From: Phoronis australis
Lineage: Eukaryota; Animalia; Phoronida
Assembly (NCBI GenBank): GCA_002633005.1
Contig: NMRA01000187.1
Span: 154,191 to 218,190 of the forward strand
Direction of reading: 5' to 3'
Length of the DNA stretch: 64,000 nucleotides
The notes under the pieces were generated by a model, which had not been told where the DNA came from, searched no databases, and was given only the letters and a program-made list of their open reading frames with translations. Below, one piece after another: positions 60,633-64,000 of the stretch. The position numbers and the translations under genes were made by a program. Position 1 is the first letter of the stretch; each line of letters begins with the position of its first letter.

Positions 60633-63600
60633 ACTAAGAGAACAATACACATCCGGGGCATTTTTATATATGACATTTTTACTGTGGGGTTGCAAAAAAT
60701 TGTGGGGTATATATAATGCCCCACAATTTCAAACCTATCAGAAACTGTTACTTGGTATGCACAGTGTCTCCACGTGTATTCTCTCAACAACTTGGTTTCA
60801 TAAGGAGGCACAGAACAGTTCTCAATGGGTTTTGCCTAGCAAAACACACATCACTTGATTTATAACCTTTTCTTCACTCTGTCAAAAACAGGATGCAAAG
60901 AATGGCATGTTTTCAATTATTTTACATAAAAAGCCCAGCAGATGAGCACAGAAACTTTATTGTTTCTTGTATTTTTGACAATTTCATTCCCACTGAAAAC
61001 CAAGCTAGACTAAGAAAAATAAGGGCAAAAAATGCAAAATCGGCACTTTTCACCCGAAAAACACCACTTCCCTGCCGATGCACGACTAAAACCAACATTA
61101 GAGTCTGAAAGCAAATTTCCTACCGATTCCGAAAATGTGGTCCAAAAGTACTGTCAACCGACTACTTTTTTGGCAATTCTTGCTTGTTTGAGGGCTACCT
61201 AAAATCACAGCCAATTTCTTGGTCGCTACCCAACAATGCACAATTGCAGCCGGGGGCCGCCATCTTGAAGAAGAGTGCAGCTACAGCCAAGAAAGTGGCC
61301 TTTTATTCACAGCATGTTCACAAATACAAACAAACCACATTCACTGAGCCTACGTGCAATGCCCACCTACAAAATGCCCCCAAACTTGGCCTACCCCAAA
61401 ATTTCTATGCAAATTGGCCGCGGCCGCAGCCTAACTATTCAGTGCCACCTAAGGACATCCTATATATAATTCTGAGCAGGCTCTCCCAAAAGGGGTCACT
61501 GCTATTAGGCCCATGAGTGCCCTGCTACAGAGCTGTACTCGATTTATTGTATGACAATCGTCGGAACGAGTTTCTTGATGTAAATTAGTACATGTATTGG
61601 TTTAGATATCCTGTTTTTTATATTTGTTACATATTTGTAATGTTTGTCGAGTGATTATTTATGTGAAGTACATTTAATCTGTTCACACAGCAATCGACTG
61701 TTGTATTACAAGGTGTATAGTACCAAGACAAAAGTTCACTGCATCTACAAACGTAAAACGTACATTCGGGAATGTATCTGAATGTGATGCGTAGTAAGAG
61801 ACGCATTACTTGTATGTAGTACAGAGGGTTTATACAGAGGCCTTCCCGGCCGTCTGTTCCCTGGACGGCAAGAACTTTATCGACGACAGAATTGAAAAAC
61901 TAACGGACAAAGTTTAAACAGTTGGTTGTAAGGACGTCAACTGTCTTATCCAAGTGACTATATCCGAAATAACGCATTGTTTACGGACTTTTTTATCTAA
62001 GAGGTTCGCATATTGGCGCATGCCCCTAAGTTTCACATACTGTATAAGCCCAAGTGCCGTCCCGCTCTATAGTTAAATTCCTTGGCTCAGTTTTCAAGAA
62101 AGTTAAATTGAGCAAATATTTTTATAACTGTATTGCCGTGCATTTAAGCCCATGGCTTTATATTCTAAATAACGGCCATTTTTACTATGCAAGAGGTTCG
62201 CATACTGGCGCATGCACACTTAGTATTCAGTTTATGCAGTCAGAAGCGTGGTCACGCATACGCTAATACAGCTTCCTATATGTCAACGTTAAAATGCTTG
62301 CTGGCTATGAACATGACTTCTGTCCAAGAAACGAACCTTTGATTTCGACCATGCACTACCAGGGCCGTAGGAAGCGGGGGGGGGGGGCGGGGGGGGGTTC
62401 ATGTCCCCAAAAAATTCAGGCTTCAGGGTTAAACCATGGCAACCGACATAGGCGTAGGGCCGGGGATAGTCGAGAAAAGAAAGACTAAGAAATACGGATA
62501 AGAGGGAAAATTCAAGAGAACATTTAACAACTCTGTATCAGTGCATGGTTTACCTTTTGAGGGCCCTAGCCAGGACATTGTTGTTAGGGTCTCCGCTTTT
62601 GCAGCACTGGTCGTCTAAAAGCACTTGAAAACGTGGACGTCATCATTCATACATGTATTTCGAAAAATCGAGAAAATTTGTAAAGCGAGGCTTTTGCAGA
62701 GCGTACTAATTCAATTTTGCGAAAGCAAAACTATATTTTCCCAAAGGCCCCTCTCTGGCAAAAGATAACGGAAACAACTTTCGCTGTATGTTTTTTTTTT
62801 CTCGAAATTGCATATAATTTGAGAAAAGTTGATGATCTTTCAGATAACATCAATTGCTACGCATTTCCTTATTTTTTGAAAATATAGATGTTTTCATATT
62901 TAGGGACCCCGCCCTTTTGAAGGAGGCCATTGATGACTCTCAAGTGGCCACCCTTTTTGTGCTTTTATTGAGAAATTCTTAAGGGGCCACTCACGGAAAG
63001 AGGACACAATGTTGGATTCGATTACCTCTATTTTCCTGTTTTTGTGAAACCGTGCAACCGGCATTCATGTTGAAGAAGGTCACTTCCTGCACCGTCTTGT
63101 GACCACACGACGGTGGAATGCACTGTCACGCCTTTCCAAGCTTAATGATGTTTAGCCTTTCAAGGTGTCCCATTTCAGACAGGACCCTCTCTCGGTGGAG
63201 CAGTTCGGGGGAAATATCCCTTTGTTCGTTTATACACTTAAGTCCGAAACTGCCAAGCGTTCACGAGGGAAGTTGGGATCCCAAATTCATCAAAAAACCC
63301 AAAACATTCGTGCACAGCAAATCAGTATCAGGACATTCGACCCAAACAACTAAAAGTGTGACCACCATCAAAATGGTGGAATTTTGAAGAACGTGAAGAT
63401 CACTATTTGTGAATTACACAAAAGGACTATTTCCGATGGCTACTTATTAAATGATACTTGTTTATTGTTTCCCATAGTATGACAAAAATAGTATCTCGTT
63501 TGAAGATGGTTACTATGTGTTGTTTGTAAGGAATTCACACATGTGAAAAACACTGTTGTCTAAGCTACTATTTGTGGTGCCGTGCAAATGTCGAAAGGGG

Positions 63601-64000
63601 GTACTCAAAGAACTGTCGCAGTCATAAACAAAGATTTCGGCGTTTTTTGTAAGTTGAGTTCAAGTTTACCTCGTGAACCGTTATAGGTACCTCTGAAATG
63701 AGCAGAAATACACCTTAATACGAATGCCCAATCTCCCATGTTCCCCCGGTTACCCGTGTTAGAAATCTGCGAGCATGCATGCGGAAATCGCTTGTAACAT
63801 TCCGTTTTGATAAACACATTCGTTGATTTCTGATTTACTTGTTTATGTATCTACGAAAATCGATAGATTCATGGATCTGATGATCTTTGACAATACGTTG
63901 CTAATCTTGTAAAAATTGATGATGTTTCAGTGAATTTAGTTGCAGCTTGAAATTGGAAAAACTCTATAATCCGATCCCCAAATAATAAAGTACACTTAGA

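Noticed and set aside
57014-64000. Search for the first coding exon of the SLC5 gene (expected DIxVIxxYF...VGLW/gt)
   Set aside because: No convincing match found by eye; it probably lies beyond the window end.

Overview
AT-rich, repeat-dense eukaryotic genomic DNA from a draft assembly with two N gaps. The style suggests a marine invertebrate deuterostome such as a hemichordate or echinoderm, but that is inference only. Two convergent intron-containing genes can be rebuilt by hand with consistent splice phases. (1) A complete synaptotagmin-like gene on + (6 coding exons, 10796-35778, 487 aa: N-terminal TM, linker, C2A, degenerate C2B). (2) An SLC5/SGLT-type Na+/sugar cotransporter on - (14 coding exons, 57013 down to 38969, 615 aa in the window; first coding exon not found). 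Introns and flanks hold many minisatellites, MITEs and decayed transposons: a Kolobok deletion derivative, a THAP/P-like relic, a Penelope GIY-YIG fragment, a RecQ-helicase (AcademH-like) fragment and an LTR rich in heat-shock elements. The most notable item is a 3.9-kb element at 42667-46607 with a 5-bp TSD, CAC/CAG-initiated TIRs and remnants of two inward-pointing spliced genes. This is the architecture of RAG-like (ProtoRAG/RAGL) transposons, but the protein-level evidence is weak. TACATGTA is strongly over-represented and looks like a transposon excision footprint. No rRNA, tRNA or CRISPR array was found.
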